The notes under the pieces: model-generated
Database searches by the model: none
Told to the model about the DNA's origin: nothing
Seen by the model: the letters and a program-made list of their open reading frames with translations, nothing else
Source: Chloracidobacterium sp.
Lineage (GTDB): Bacteria > Acidobacteriota > Blastocatellia > Pyrinomonadales > Pyrinomonadaceae
Reading direction: 5' to 3'
DNA length: 64,000 nucleotides
Assembly: GCA_043788335.1 (NCBI GenBank)
Contig: JAYVUD010000266.1
Span: 1,332-65,331, forward strand
Made by a program: the position numbers and the translations under genes
Shown: positions 19,456-28,995 of the stretch, piece after piece
How the letters are laid out: every line of letters begins with the position of its first letter
Numbering within the stretch: position 1 is the first letter of the stretch

Positions 19456-20214
19456 CTATTTGTCGCGCCAACTGCCAAACCGTGACTGGCCGGAAAAATC
19501 GGCGTCGCGTTCAAATTCCTGTTGTTGGAAGTTTGGCTGGGCAAGAGCGAAACTCGCCGAAACTACATTTTCGCGGGCGGCCGAGTAGAGGTTTTCCTCT
19601 TGCTTTGGCTTGAAAATATAACCGCGAAGTAGATAGAACCCGAGGCCCATCAACATTAGCGGTAAAATTCCACGCATAAGCAGGCCCGGGCCGATAAACG
19701 TCTGAACGACAAACGTCAGGCCTAAAACACCGAGAACCACTCCCCACAATTTCGGGCTTCCGGTAAATCGCTTGATCAAAATATCTTCGGCAATATCGGG
19801 TGTGACGCCGGCACGGATCATCTGCGCCGTGCGCCAGGCATCGACCGCGGCGAAGATCCACATGCCGAACATACCGAGGACAAAGAACGGCATCTTCATC
19901 AGAAGCCCCAACTGGAACAACCCGACGAATGACGTGAAGTAAACCAGAGCCTTGGTCGTCTGACCGATATACGCGGCGCCGAGGCCGGGACAGATCAACG
20001 AGAGCAAGGTCGCGACGAACGGCGACGTACGCTTTTTGACGAACGGAACGTAATTAGACTGATTGTGCTGACGCAGTAGATCGACACCCTGAACGATGCA
20101 GTCCTGGCAAAAGGGAAAGCCCTTTATGCGGTGATCGCAAGCCGGGCACAGCGGTTTGCCGCATCCATTGCAATTCACGACCGCCCCGTTCTGTGTGTGA
20201 TACGCACAATTCAT
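19456..20214 (-). CDS. membrane protein with N-terminal B-box-like zinc ribbon
   Basis: CAYH..(x)..CNGCGKPLCPACDH..FCQDC, then about four TM helices. Its ATG overlaps the anti-sigma stop codon (TAATG at 20212..20216). Confidence 0.7.
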   Translation of the reverse strand: MNCAYHTQNGAVVNCNGCGKPLCPACDHRIKGFPFCQDCIVQGVDLLRQHNQSNYVPFVKKRTSPFVATLLSLICPGLGAAYIGQTTKALVYFTSFVGLFQLGLLMKMPFFVLGMFGMWIFAAVDAWRTAQMIRAGVTPDIAEDILIKRFTGSPKLWGVVLGVLGLTFVVQTFIGPGLLMRGILPLMLMGLGFYLLRGYIFKPKQEENLYSAARENVVSASFALAQPNFQQQEFERDADFSGQSRFGSWRDK

Positions 20215-21005
20215 TATTTCTTTTCTCCGTTATCCACAAAGATCGTGCCGGTAACCGGGTCCTGCTTAGGGGCAGTCTGGCCGACCGGTTTATCGCCCGT
20301 CCACGCTTCGGCACTCTGCTGATAGGTGGTTTCCGCAAGTTCGACGCTCTTTTGATACACGTTGGTGAACGAACCGTCCGCCGAGACCGTTTGGCTGAAG
20401 ATCATCAGAGCAACCATCAACATGATCGCGACCGAGGCGAGTTGCGGTACGGGAATCGGGAAACTCAAACCTCTAACCGCCTCAACCAGACGCGATATCC
20501 ACGACGCCCGGACCTCAGCGGCCGCGGCCGTACCGATCGTCGCCTGCAATATTCGGTCGTGGAGGCCGGCAGGAACTGCCAGTTCATCGTGTTTATAAGT
20601 GTAAAGAGCCGCGATCGATCGAACGACCATTCCGGGCAGGTCCTCGCAGTTATTGCAGAGCACGGCGTGGCGTTCCCAGCGGTGGAATATCGCCGCCGGT
20701 AAAAATCCGTCCAGGTAATCGGTCAGGCAACCCTCAAAATCCTCGCACGACATCGCCGTTTCGGGCATCGTCATGGCAAGCACGCGTGCCTCAAGCCGCG
20801 TCATCGACATTCTGGGTGCCGAGATGGCGTGGCAAACTTCGAGCGATTCCTTGACGTCGTTAAGAAGCCCGTGGCAAAGCGGGCAGCCGATCGCATGCTC
20901 GGCTACAGCCTTGTGCGTCGTCACATCCAACGCTTTTTCCAAATAGTCGGTCAACAGATCCTCGAACTGCGAGCAATTGACCGTGTTTTGCTTCTCGATA
21001 TTCAT
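20214..21005 (-). CDS. anti-sigma factor with two tandem zf-HC2 (ZAS-like) modules and one TM
   Basis: Module 1: C-x25-H-x3-C-x2-C (CSQFEDLL...AEHAIGCPLC). Module 2: CEDFEGCL...ERHAVLCNNC. TM segment LASVAIMLMVALMIF. I prefer ATG 21005, because the track start at 21047 reads through a dispersed repeat. Confidence 0.75.
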   Translation of the reverse strand: MNIEKQNTVNCSQFEDLLTDYLEKALDVTTHKAVAEHAIGCPLCHGLLNDVKESLEVCHAISAPRMSMTRLEARVLAMTMPETAMSCEDFEGCLTDYLDGFLPAAIFHRWERHAVLCNNCEDLPGMVVRSIAALYTYKHDELAVPAGLHDRILQATIGTAAAAEVRASWISRLVEAVRGLSFPIPVPQLASVAIMLMVALMIFSQTVSADGSFTNVYQKSVELAETTYQQSAEAWTGDKPVGQTAPKQDPVTGTIFVDNGEKK

Positions 21006-21015
21006 AACATTTTCA

Positions 21016-21039
21016 CCGCAGAGACGCTGAGACGCAGAG
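21016..21039. repeat. dispersed repeat unit CCGCAGAGACGCTGAGACGCAGAG
   Basis: The same or near-identical unit occurs at 43211..43235 and 47306..47330, and inverted at 43384..43398, 47441..47464 and 22796..22806. Confidence 0.75.
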
Positions 21040-21139
21040 TAAATCAAATTCTCTTTCTTGGACGTGCGGCCGGCCTGCGATTTGCCTCGACCTGTTGATT
21101 TACTTTCAGATAATCCCCGACTCTGCGGTAAATTCCCCC

Positions 21140-21778
21140 TTAGATAGTTACAACTCTCATCCGCCTCAATATTTTTGCCAATTCGATCCTCCCGCGGTTG
21201 ATACGCGATTTTACGGTCCCTTCGGGGATCTTTAGGACGTCGACGATCTCCTGATAGGTCAATTCCTCGATGTCACGGAGGATCACGCACGTCCGCAGGT
21301 CTTCGGGCAATTTGTCGATGCCCTCCTGCACCTGGCCGGCCAGTTCTTTCCGCTCGATCTCTTTTTGGGCCGACGTTCCGATGGCACGCAGATGGTAGCT
21401 GTGGTCGTCGACCGCGTCGGCCATCGAATTTTGCGGATTTCGCTGCCGGTGGCGGTAATCGTCAATTATCAAATTTCGGGCGAGACGCATCAGCCAATTA
21501 CTAAGATCGCCCTGTTTCGCATCGTATTGATCCAACGTCCGATAGATGCGAATGAAAACTTCCTGCGTCAGGTCCTCGGCGGCGTCCGGACTCGATGTAA
21601 AACGGTACGCGAGATTGAATATCCGTCGCGAGTAGGCCGAAACGACCTCTTCCCAGGCCGTACCGTCACTGGCACGAGCACGCCGTACGAGTTCAACACC
21701 ATTAATGTCGGTAGCAGTCTTTAATGCTTCCAAAAAAGTATCTCCCGGAACCGTCCGCGTTGAGGCTAAAACTAACAA
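21140..21778 (-). CDS. ECF-type RNA polymerase sigma-70 family factor
   Basis: Region 2 (SRRIFNLAYRFTSSPDAAEDLTQEVFIRIY) and region 4 (LPEDLRTCVILRDIEELTYQEIVDVLKIPEGTVKSRINRGR). The start codon is uncertain (TTG). Confidence 0.9.
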   Translation of the reverse strand: MLVLASTRTVPGDTFLEALKTATDINGVELVRRARASDGTAWEEVVSAYSRRIFNLAYRFTSSPDAAEDLTQEVFIRIYRTLDQYDAKQGDLSNWLMRLARNLIIDDYRHRQRNPQNSMADAVDDHSYHLRAIGTSAQKEIERKELAGQVQEGIDKLPEDLRTCVILRDIEELTYQEIVDVLKIPEGTVKSRINRGRIELAKILRRMRVVTI

Positions 21779-21808
21779 AGCACTAAAACTCGCCTTGTCA
21801 AAAATTTC

Positions 21809-21835
21809 TTACGACCTGAAAAAACGAAAAGTTCC
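21809..21835 (-). promoter_or_regulatory. candidate ECF-type autoregulated promoter GGAAC-N16-TCGTAA
   Basis: The minus strand reads ttGGAACttttcgttttttcaggTCGTAAgaaa, about 30 nt upstream of the sigma ORF start. Confidence 0.35.
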
Positions 21836-21879
21836 AACAAAAAGATATACCCATGCAGGCAAATGTGCGAACCGCCGGA

Positions 21880-22152
21880 CTATTCAGCCGTTGTCGGATC
21901 GATGATGAATTTGACCTCGGAGATACTGTTTGCCGGAAATCCGCCTTGTTTTGCGTGTTCGCGTATCATCTCTTCGTTCGGGGCGATGTAGACACAGTAG
22001 ATCTTGTCGCCGGTGACGAAACTTTGGACCCACTGGATGCTTGGACCGAGTTTTTGGAGGACGCTGCAGGATGTTTGCGACACCGCCTTGAGAGCCTCGG
22101 CGGGCGACGATCCGACACCGGGAATATCGCGTTCGATAACGTATTTGGGCAT
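21880..22152 (-). CDS. DUF4242-family small protein
   Basis: MPKYVIERDIPG...KIYCVYIAPNEEMIREHAKQGGFPAN matches my memory of this family. Confidence 0.75.
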   Translation of the reverse strand: MPKYVIERDIPGVGSSPAEALKAVSQTSCSVLQKLGPSIQWVQSFVTGDKIYCVYIAPNEEMIREHAKQGGFPANSISEVKFIIDPTTAE

Positions 22153-22203
22153 TTGGAGATCTCCTTAAAATAAAATTTGTCCGGTTACCCGGCCCTCGCC
22201 GGA

Positions 22204-22704
22204 TCAGCGGGTCCAGGAGTACGTATTTCGCTCGAAAAATTCGTCCGTGCCGTCAAACTTGACCTCTTTTCGGATTGAAAACGCCGACTTGCTGATCGTG
22301 TAAGTATGTCGAAATACGGCGTTACGATTATCGTCCCTGCCCGGGCCGGTGGTGACGATGCGCAGGACGCCCTTGGGTAATAGAGTTCGTTCGATGACCA
22401 TTTCGCCGTCGAGCGAGCGGCCGTCGGGGCTGATCCTGACCTCATCTTTACTGCCGGCACCGGACTCTTGCGGATATTGGAGCTCGAAGACCCAGGTCAT
22501 CGCGTGGGTCACCGAACGCGAGACCATCAGATTTGATTCGATCGTCGTCTTGTTTTTCGAGGTGTAGTCGATATACGTCAGGCTGCCGGTCCACAATTTG
22601 CCATCGAGCGGTTTGAGGTCTTTCTCGGTAACCCTCGCGGACTGGGCCGACGCGGCGGCGATCAGCGTAAACGTAATGAAGACGATCGTTAATATTCTTT
22701 TCAT
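22204..22704 (-). CDS. hypothetical secreted protein
   Basis: Signal peptide MKRILTIVFITFTLIAAASAQS. I recognise no family. Confidence 0.6.
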   Translation of the reverse strand: MKRILTIVFITFTLIAAASAQSARVTEKDLKPLDGKLWTGSLTYIDYTSKNKTTIESNLMVSRSVTHAMTWVFELQYPQESGAGSKDEVRISPDGRSLDGEMVIERTLLPKGVLRIVTTGPGRDDNRNAVFRHTYTISKSAFSIRKEVKFDGTDEFFERNTYSWTR

Positions 22705-22763
22705 AGCAAGCAGTTCGACGGGGCATGCCCGGCGGTTTCAAGGCGGCGTACTGAACGCAAAGT

Positions 22764-22806
22764 CGCGGAGACGCCGAAGAATACCGTTTTCCTCAGCGTC
22801 TCCGCG
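22764..22806. repeat. 11-bp perfect inverted repeat CGCGGAGACGC / GCGTCTCCGCG
   Basis: Arms at 22764..22774 and 22796..22806. The sequence is related to the GAGACGCTGAG repeat family. It lies just downstream of the EF-G2 stop codon. Confidence 0.7.
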
Positions 22807-22828
22807 TATGTAGTGGTCAAAGCAATGA

Positions 22829-24943
22829 CTATTCGTCGTCCTCGTGTGCTCTCACTCGTCCGGATGCGACGGCTTCGTCGATCACCTTTTGGGCGAGATT
22901 GCCGGGGAGCGGGTCATAGTGCGAAAACTGCATATGGTACGAACCGCGTGCCTGCGTGACGGAATTTAGCTTCGATTGATAATCGAGCATTTCCGCGAGC
23001 GGGACCTTGGCCTTGATGACCTGCTGTTTTCCGCGCGTTTCCATACCGGCGACGCGGCCGCGGCGGCTGTTGAGGTCGCCCATAATATCGCCCGACACCT
23101 CCTGCGGGGTAAACACCTCGACGTCCATTATCGGTTCGAGCAAGGTCGGCTTAGCCTTGTCGATGGCGTTGCGAAACGCCTTGCGGCCGGCGGCGCGGAA
23201 ACTGTGCTCGTCCGAGTCGACAGCGTGATAGCTACCGTCGATCAGCGTGACCTTAAAATCGACCAGCGGATAGCCGGCGATGGCACCGCCGGCGGCGGCC
23301 TCAATGATGCCTTTTTCGATGGCGGGGCGGAAATTTTGCGGAACCGAGCCGCCAAAGATCTTGTCGACCCACTCAAATCCGGCACCGCGGTCGAGCGGTT
23401 CAAATATCACCTTGCAATCGCCAAACTGGCCGCGGCCGCCTGACTGTTTCTTGTGCCGTCCCTGGACCTCGACCTGGGTCGTGATCGTTTCCTTGTACGG
23501 AACCTTGGGCGGATGGAGCGTTACCTCGACGTGATAGCGGTGCTCGAGTTTCTTGACGACCGTCTCGATATGCAATTGACCTGATCCTGACAGGATAAAC
23601 TCCTTGGTCTGGGCGTCGCGGTCAAAATGCAGGCTCGGGTCTTCCTCAAGTATCTTGTGCAAGGCGGACGAGATCTTGTCTTCGTCGGCACGCGATTTCG
23701 GCTCGATGGCAAATGCGATCGCTGCCTCGGGGTACTCGACCGGCGGGTAATAGATCGGATTTGCCTTGTCGCAGAGCGTGTCGCCCGTCTGCGTGTCCTT
23801 TAGCTTGACGACCGCGATGATGTCGCCGGTCGAGGCCTCGGCCACCTTGTCCAGCGTCTTGCCCGAGATAACGTGCAACGGGCCGAGACGTTCCATCGCG
23901 TCGTGGTGCGAATTGTAAACGGTCGCGTCGGATGTGACCTTGCCGCTGACGACCTTCATCACGTTGATGCGGCCGGCAAACGGGTCGGCGATGGTCCGGA
24001 AAACGTATGCCGAAAACGGCTCGTCGTTGGAGTATTTGCGGTTGATCCGGTCACCATCCATGTCGTAGCTCTTAAAGCCGTATTCCATCTCGTGGGTCGC
24101 CGGATTTGGCGCAAACTCGACAAGGTGGTCGAGCAATATCTGGACGCCGACCAATGTGGTTGCCGACACCGCGTAGACTGGGCACAGCTTGCTGATCGCG
24201 ATCGCCCGGGCGAGATTGGGAACGATATCTTCCTCAGGCAGGGTTCCGTTCTCAAAATACTTTTCCATCAGAGCATCGTCCGATTCGGCGACGATCTCGA
24301 TGAGGCGTTCGCGGGTCGAATTGAGCAAAGCGACCATCTCGCCGGGTATCGCGATGCCCTTGGCTTTGCCCTCGGCGTCAAACTCGTATGCCTTTTGATG
24401 GACAACGTCGATGACGCCCTTGAAATTGGCCTCAATGCCGATCGGCAGCGTGAACGGGACGATCGAACGGGCAAAACTGTCGCTCGCGGTCTCGAGCGCG
24501 TGGGCAAAATCCGCGTGTTCCTTGTCTATCTTGTTGATGACCATGAAACGCGGCTGCATAAATTCGTTCGCGTAATTCCACGTTTTTTCGGTCTGCACCT
24601 CGATGCCGTGAACGCCATCCACGACGACCAATGCCGCGTCGACCACGCGAAGAGCGGGCCGTGCGTGTGAGACAAATGCCGCGTATCCGGGCGTGTCGAT
24701 CAGATTTATTTTAGTGTCTTTATATTCGAGGTGGGCAAAATTATTGTTTAGAGATATTTTCCGTTCTATTGAGTCTTCGTCATAATCGGTGACGGTAGTT
24801 CCTTCATCGACTTTTCCCCAGCGTGGTGTAGAGCCGGCTGCATATAACATCGACGACACGAGTTGAGTTTTACCCGCGTCGCCGTGTCCAATGACAGCCA
24901 GATTCCTGATGTTATCAGTCGTAAATGCTTTCATTTTCGGCAA
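22829..24943 (-). CDS. elongation factor G paralog (EF-G2-like translational GTPase)
   Basis: G1 motif AVIGHGDAGKT (not the canonical AHIDAGKT), DTPGY, NKID, and full five-domain length (704 aa). It is not in a str-operon context. Confidence 0.9.
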   Translation of the reverse strand: MPKMKAFTTDNIRNLAVIGHGDAGKTQLVSSMLYAAGSTPRWGKVDEGTTVTDYDEDSIERKISLNNNFAHLEYKDTKINLIDTPGYAAFVSHARPALRVVDAALVVVDGVHGIEVQTEKTWNYANEFMQPRFMVINKIDKEHADFAHALETASDSFARSIVPFTLPIGIEANFKGVIDVVHQKAYEFDAEGKAKGIAIPGEMVALLNSTRERLIEIVAESDDALMEKYFENGTLPEEDIVPNLARAIAISKLCPVYAVSATTLVGVQILLDHLVEFAPNPATHEMEYGFKSYDMDGDRINRKYSNDEPFSAYVFRTIADPFAGRINVMKVVSGKVTSDATVYNSHHDAMERLGPLHVISGKTLDKVAEASTGDIIAVVKLKDTQTGDTLCDKANPIYYPPVEYPEAAIAFAIEPKSRADEDKISSALHKILEEDPSLHFDRDAQTKEFILSGSGQLHIETVVKKLEHRYHVEVTLHPPKVPYKETITTQVEVQGRHKKQSGGRGQFGDCKVIFEPLDRGAGFEWVDKIFGGSVPQNFRPAIEKGIIEAAAGGAIAGYPLVDFKVTLIDGSYHAVDSDEHSFRAAGRKAFRNAIDKAKPTLLEPIMDVEVFTPQEVSGDIMGDLNSRRGRVAGMETRGKQQVIKAKVPLAEMLDYQSKLNSVTQARGSYHMQFSHYDPLPGNLAQKVIDEAVASGRVRAHEDDE

Positions 24944-25432
24944 GATCTCCTTGTGTGATGGGTTTGTCGTTTCCGGGGTTTTCGAGGCAGATGTGGCCGT
25001 TAGTGGTCTGATCTAACTTTCAATGCCGGAAGCTCGCAACTTCTAGGGTTGGTAATTATTAAATCTATATTAAATGACCTGCGAGAGCAAGACACCACAC
25101 CGCGGTGCCGGGCGCGTCGAGAGATACGTTTCGGCCGGCGCAATCGATCGCCGCTCTGCCGTCGTATGTAATAAATCCTATCAATATTTATGAACCGTTA
25201 TTAATATTTATGAAAGATTCATAACCGGGCGAGCCCAAGATAACCCGTGGGACAAGATGCCCGCCGGCGTAAACGCTGGCGGTGCAATGGTTTACGCCGT
25301 GTTTTTCAAATCGGCGAAACGCCCGCAGGACAAGCCGCGGGACAGGGAAACTATTGATAACATTGGGTTTAACCCATTTTGTCCCGTTGTCCCGCGTAAA
25401 TTTTTTGTTTTGCCGTCCGTCCGGGACGATCT

Positions 25433-25464
25433 CCCCCGCGAAAACGGAGCCGTTTTCGCGGGGG
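25433..25464. repeat. 32-nt perfect palindrome CCCCCGCGAAAACGG-AG-CCGTTTTCGCGGGGG
   Basis: Read directly from the sequence. No T-run follows on either strand. Confidence 0.85.
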
Positions 25465-25965
25465 CAGATCCTGAATCGGGTTGTCACTTTTCCATATCAC
25501 CTGAATATGGTTTCCAGATCGGTTTTGAGTTTTCAAAGATCGAGGTTCTAAATATATTCTATCATTTGTGTCAAGGGCAGGCGTGTATTGCGAGTACGCA
25601 ACGACCGGAAGGGGCGAACCATTTTCCGGCCAAAACAGGACGCCGGGTTGACGGTCGGATTCTGACTTGTCACGGCGTGCATATCTTGAATTCTATTGTC
25701 CAGAGTCTAAAGCCCAAGATCCAAAGACGGTAAGAAAAGCTTACCCAGGACTTTAGAATTTGGACGTTACACCGTTCGAATTGTAGGTCAAGGTAAATCT
25801 ATTTTAGAGACGCGAAAAGGAAAGGGTAGTCTTGATTTCAGACACCGTGTTTTGGTTTACATCGCTTATGTTTGGGCGTACGATTAAGGAAGTCTATCGA
25901 TCCTGGCTTTTGTCGGCTCCGAAGCCGCAGATGAGCCGTTGGTGTTGTCGACGAGGGGAAGATAA

Positions 25966-28900
25966 ATGTTCAATTCAATAGCTCCTACCATCCGTTTGTG
26001 GACAGCATCCGCCGTCTTAACTCTCACATGTGCAACACTTACATTGGCTCTCAGCGGTGTTGATCCGACGTTTATTCCGGTTCCGTCGACTGCTCTCGAA
26101 CTCACGCCGAACCGCCGACTGCTGATGCAACCAGATGGAAAGATGATCGTCGTTGGCGGATGGAATGCGGCAGATGGCAAGGCCAAAGGGCAAATCTTCA
26201 GACTGAATAATGATGGGACGCTCGATAGTAGTTTCAGTTATTGTTCGTGCGCCATGCCATTTACAAACGGCGCTTTGTTAGGCGACGATGGGCGGCTAAT
26301 TATGATGGGAGCGACGGGCGTTCCTGGCTCGCCAATTGCTAAGATGGTTCGCCTGCTATCGGACGGCGGTTTGGATCCTACATTCTCGTCTGTCGATAAC
26401 ACCATCAATACGCAATACTATCCGGCCGGTGTTCAATCGGACGGCAAGATCCTCGCCTTGCGATCCAAGGGACAATTTGAATGGACCTTATTCAGATTCA
26501 ATACCGACGGGTCAAGAGACGCCACTTTCACGCCGATCCAGTTCGGTTCGACATACGGACTAAGCGTCGCGATCACCGGATACAAACAGTTGGCGGGCGG
26601 GCGGTTTTTTCTCGCCGACAACGCCGGGATATTTCAGCTTCAGGGTTACAACGGCCACGTTCGGTTATTCAACGGAGACGGAACTCAGGACATCAGTTTC
26701 TCGCCGCCGACGTTTGTCGGAAACACTCCGGGTTTCGGGGGATCACGCCTCAATGGCATCGACATGATGTCCGACGGATCGATGATCGCCGTCGGTGATT
26801 TCAGCACGGTGAATGGCGTTGCGACGACTGATATCGTTCGCCTCCTGCCGGCCGGGAATGTCGATCTAACGTTTCCGGGTGCGACCTCAAATTCCCTCGA
26901 TCAGGTCCGCATTTTATCAGGTGACCAGATACTGGTCTCAGGCAGCTACCCGACGCTCGGCGTCGTCATTCGCCGATACCTTTCGAACGGTTCTCTCGAC
27001 GGGACGTTTACGATGTCGGCAAGCGTCGGCGGCGTAAAGTCGAATTTCGAGGTCGAACTCTCGGGTCGTATTGACTTGATCGGCGGTTCGGGGCCGGGAT
27101 CAAAATATTATCGACTCGAATCCACAGGCGTCCTAGACTCTGCCTACAACCCGAACGCGACGGCAGTGAATGCCGTTTCGGTGGCGGCGGTCCGAGCCGA
27201 CGGCAAGGTCTATCTTGCAGGGACATTTCAGCAGATGAATGGCATCGGGCGGTCGAAGATCGCCCGCGTGAATGCTGACGGAACGCTGGATACCTCGTTT
27301 GCCGTTGGTACCGGTTTTAACGTTGAGCCATCGCGACTGGTTACACAGCCCGACGGCCGCGTAATCGCTATCGGCGGCTTCACTAACTACAACGGAACGC
27401 CTAAAGCAGGTTTCGCGAGGATCAATAATGATGGGACGCTTGATCCCTCGTTCAGTGTTTTGGTGAGCGGCGTCAACGACGTCGTCGTTCAGCCGGATGG
27501 CAAGATACTGTTAGGTGGCTCGTTTAGCACCGTAAATGGCGCGAGCCGTCCGGTCGTAGCCCGCCTGAACAGCGACGGGACGCTCGATACAGGCTTTAAC
27601 ATGGTCATAGCCGGGTCGGTCGCGTCGATAGCACTCGAACCGAGCGGAAAGGTCGTGATCTCGGGTAGTTTCTCAGGGGTCGACGGCTTTGGCCGGGCAA
27701 ATGTGGCCCGGCTCCAGGCCAATGGAGCCGTAGACGCGACATTCGACGCCGGCAGCGTGACCGCAAATCAACAGATAATGCGCCAATCGAGCGGCAAGTA
27801 CGTACTCCGTAATAGCTATGTTTTCACGCGGTTGAATGCGAGCGGGCTGGCGGACAACACCTTTGTCTTTCCGCAATTCAACAGTGGAGCTTCGGTTACG
27901 ACGGCCGCGGTCGATGTGGACGATTCAATCGTCGTTTCCGGGCAGTTTTCGGCGGTGGCGGGATTTCCGCGGCTGAACATTGCACGCTTTAGCCCAAACG
28001 GTGAGTTGGACGCTACGTTCCTGGCGAATGGCGTGGATGTAGGGCCGACCGGGATAATTCCGACTCCATCATACAAAATGCTGCTGGTCGGCAATTTCAA
28101 TCTGGTTGATCTGCAGTTGCGACCCGGAATCGCTCGATTGAACGTAGAACCCTACCATCCGCGATCTGCCTTCGACTTCGACGGCGACGGGCGAGCGGAT
28201 GAGATGGTATTCAGGCCGTCAGAGAACTATTGGTACCTCTTTCGCAGTTCGAATTCGACAGTGATGGCGGAGTCGTTTGGGCAAACCGGCGACATCGCGA
28301 TTCCCGCCGATATGACGGGTGACGGAATTTGCGATATGGTTCTGTTCCGGCCGTCGACCGGCGACTGGTTTTGGCAAACAACGGTCGGAAATCATAGCGG
28401 CGGAACGGCACACTGGGGACAAAGCGGTGACATTCCGTTGCCGGCAGATATTGACCAGGATCGAAAAGCGGATTTCGTGGTTTATCGCCCTTCGAATAAC
28501 TATTGGTACACGTATGGCTCGATAACCGGATTTACGCAGACGCAGTTCGGAACGGCTGGCGACAACCCGTTGGTAGCGGACTTTGACGGTGACGGAAAGT
28601 GCGATCCGACGATATTTAGGCCGTCGAGCGGTGATTGGTGGTGGCGGAGCAGTATTGATGGCGTCCAGCATGCGTTGCATTGGGGACAGAATGGGGACAT
28701 TCCCGTGCCGGCGGATTATGACGGGGACGGCAAGACGGACTGTGCGGTTTTCAGGCCGAGCAATGGGGTGTGGTATGTGCTCAACAGCCGCGACCTTACG
28801 TACACGATAATGCAATTTGGCCTGTCGGACGATCTGCCCGTCGCGGCCGATTTCGACGGCGACGGCAGGGCCGACATCGCCGTGTTCCGCCCGAGTTCGG

Positions 28901-28995
28901 GCATCTGGTACAAGTGGCGTTCGACGTCAGGCTTTGCCGCGATGCAGTTTGGTGCGGCGGGCGACGTTCCGGCTCCTAATGCATTTGTGCCGTAA
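25966..28995 (+). CDS. secreted repeat protein: delta-60-type beta-propeller repeats + six C-terminal FG-GAP/VCBS-like repeats
   Basis: Many DG(T/S)LD.(S/T)F...G units, then six repeats of the form ADFDGDG(K/R).D..(V/I)FRPS.G.W(Y/W). N-terminal signal-like segment. Confidence 0.85.
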   Translation: MFNSIAPTIRLWTASAVLTLTCATLTLALSGVDPTFIPVPSTALELTPNRRLLMQPDGKMIVVGGWNAADGKAKGQIFRLNNDGTLDSSFSYCSCAMPFTNGALLGDDGRLIMMGATGVPGSPIAKMVRLLSDGGLDPTFSSVDNTINTQYYPAGVQSDGKILALRSKGQFEWTLFRFNTDGSRDATFTPIQFGSTYGLSVAITGYKQLAGGRFFLADNAGIFQLQGYNGHVRLFNGDGTQDISFSPPTFVGNTPGFGGSRLNGIDMMSDGSMIAVGDFSTVNGVATTDIVRLLPAGNVDLTFPGATSNSLDQVRILSGDQILVSGSYPTLGVVIRRYLSNGSLDGTFTMSASVGGVKSNFEVELSGRIDLIGGSGPGSKYYRLESTGVLDSAYNPNATAVNAVSVAAVRADGKVYLAGTFQQMNGIGRSKIARVNADGTLDTSFAVGTGFNVEPSRLVTQPDGRVIAIGGFTNYNGTPKAGFARINNDGTLDPSFSVLVSGVNDVVVQPDGKILLGGSFSTVNGASRPVVARLNSDGTLDTGFNMVIAGSVASIALEPSGKVVISGSFSGVDGFGRANVARLQANGAVDATFDAGSVTANQQIMRQSSGKYVLRNSYVFTRLNASGLADNTFVFPQFNSGASVTTAAVDVDDSIVVSGQFSAVAGFPRLNIARFSPNGELDATFLANGVDVGPTGIIPTPSYKMLLVGNFNLVDLQLRPGIARLNVEPYHPRSAFDFDGDGRADEMVFRPSENYWYLFRSSNSTVMAESFGQTGDIAIPADMTGDGICDMVLFRPSTGDWFWQTTVGNHSGGTAHWGQSGDIPLPADIDQDRKADFVVYRPSNNYWYTYGSITGFTQTQFGTAGDNPLVADFDGDGKCDPTIFRPSSGDWWWRSSIDGVQHALHWGQNGDIPVPADYDGDGKTDCAVFRPSNGVWYVLNSRDLTYTIMQFGLSDDLPVAADFDGDGRADIAVFRPSSGIWYKWRSTSGFAAMQFGAAGDVPAPNAFVP

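Noticed and set aside
21006-21047. The longer track start codon for the anti-sigma factor.
   Set aside because: The extra codons (..SASQRLCGE..) are simply the dispersed repeat read in frame. ATG 21005 gives a normal N-terminus.
25188-25733. Track ORFs 25188..25487 (-) and 25257..25733 (+) in the gene-free segment.
   Set aside because: They have no ribosome-binding site, they overlap each other on opposite strands, they run through palindromes, and I recognise no similarity.
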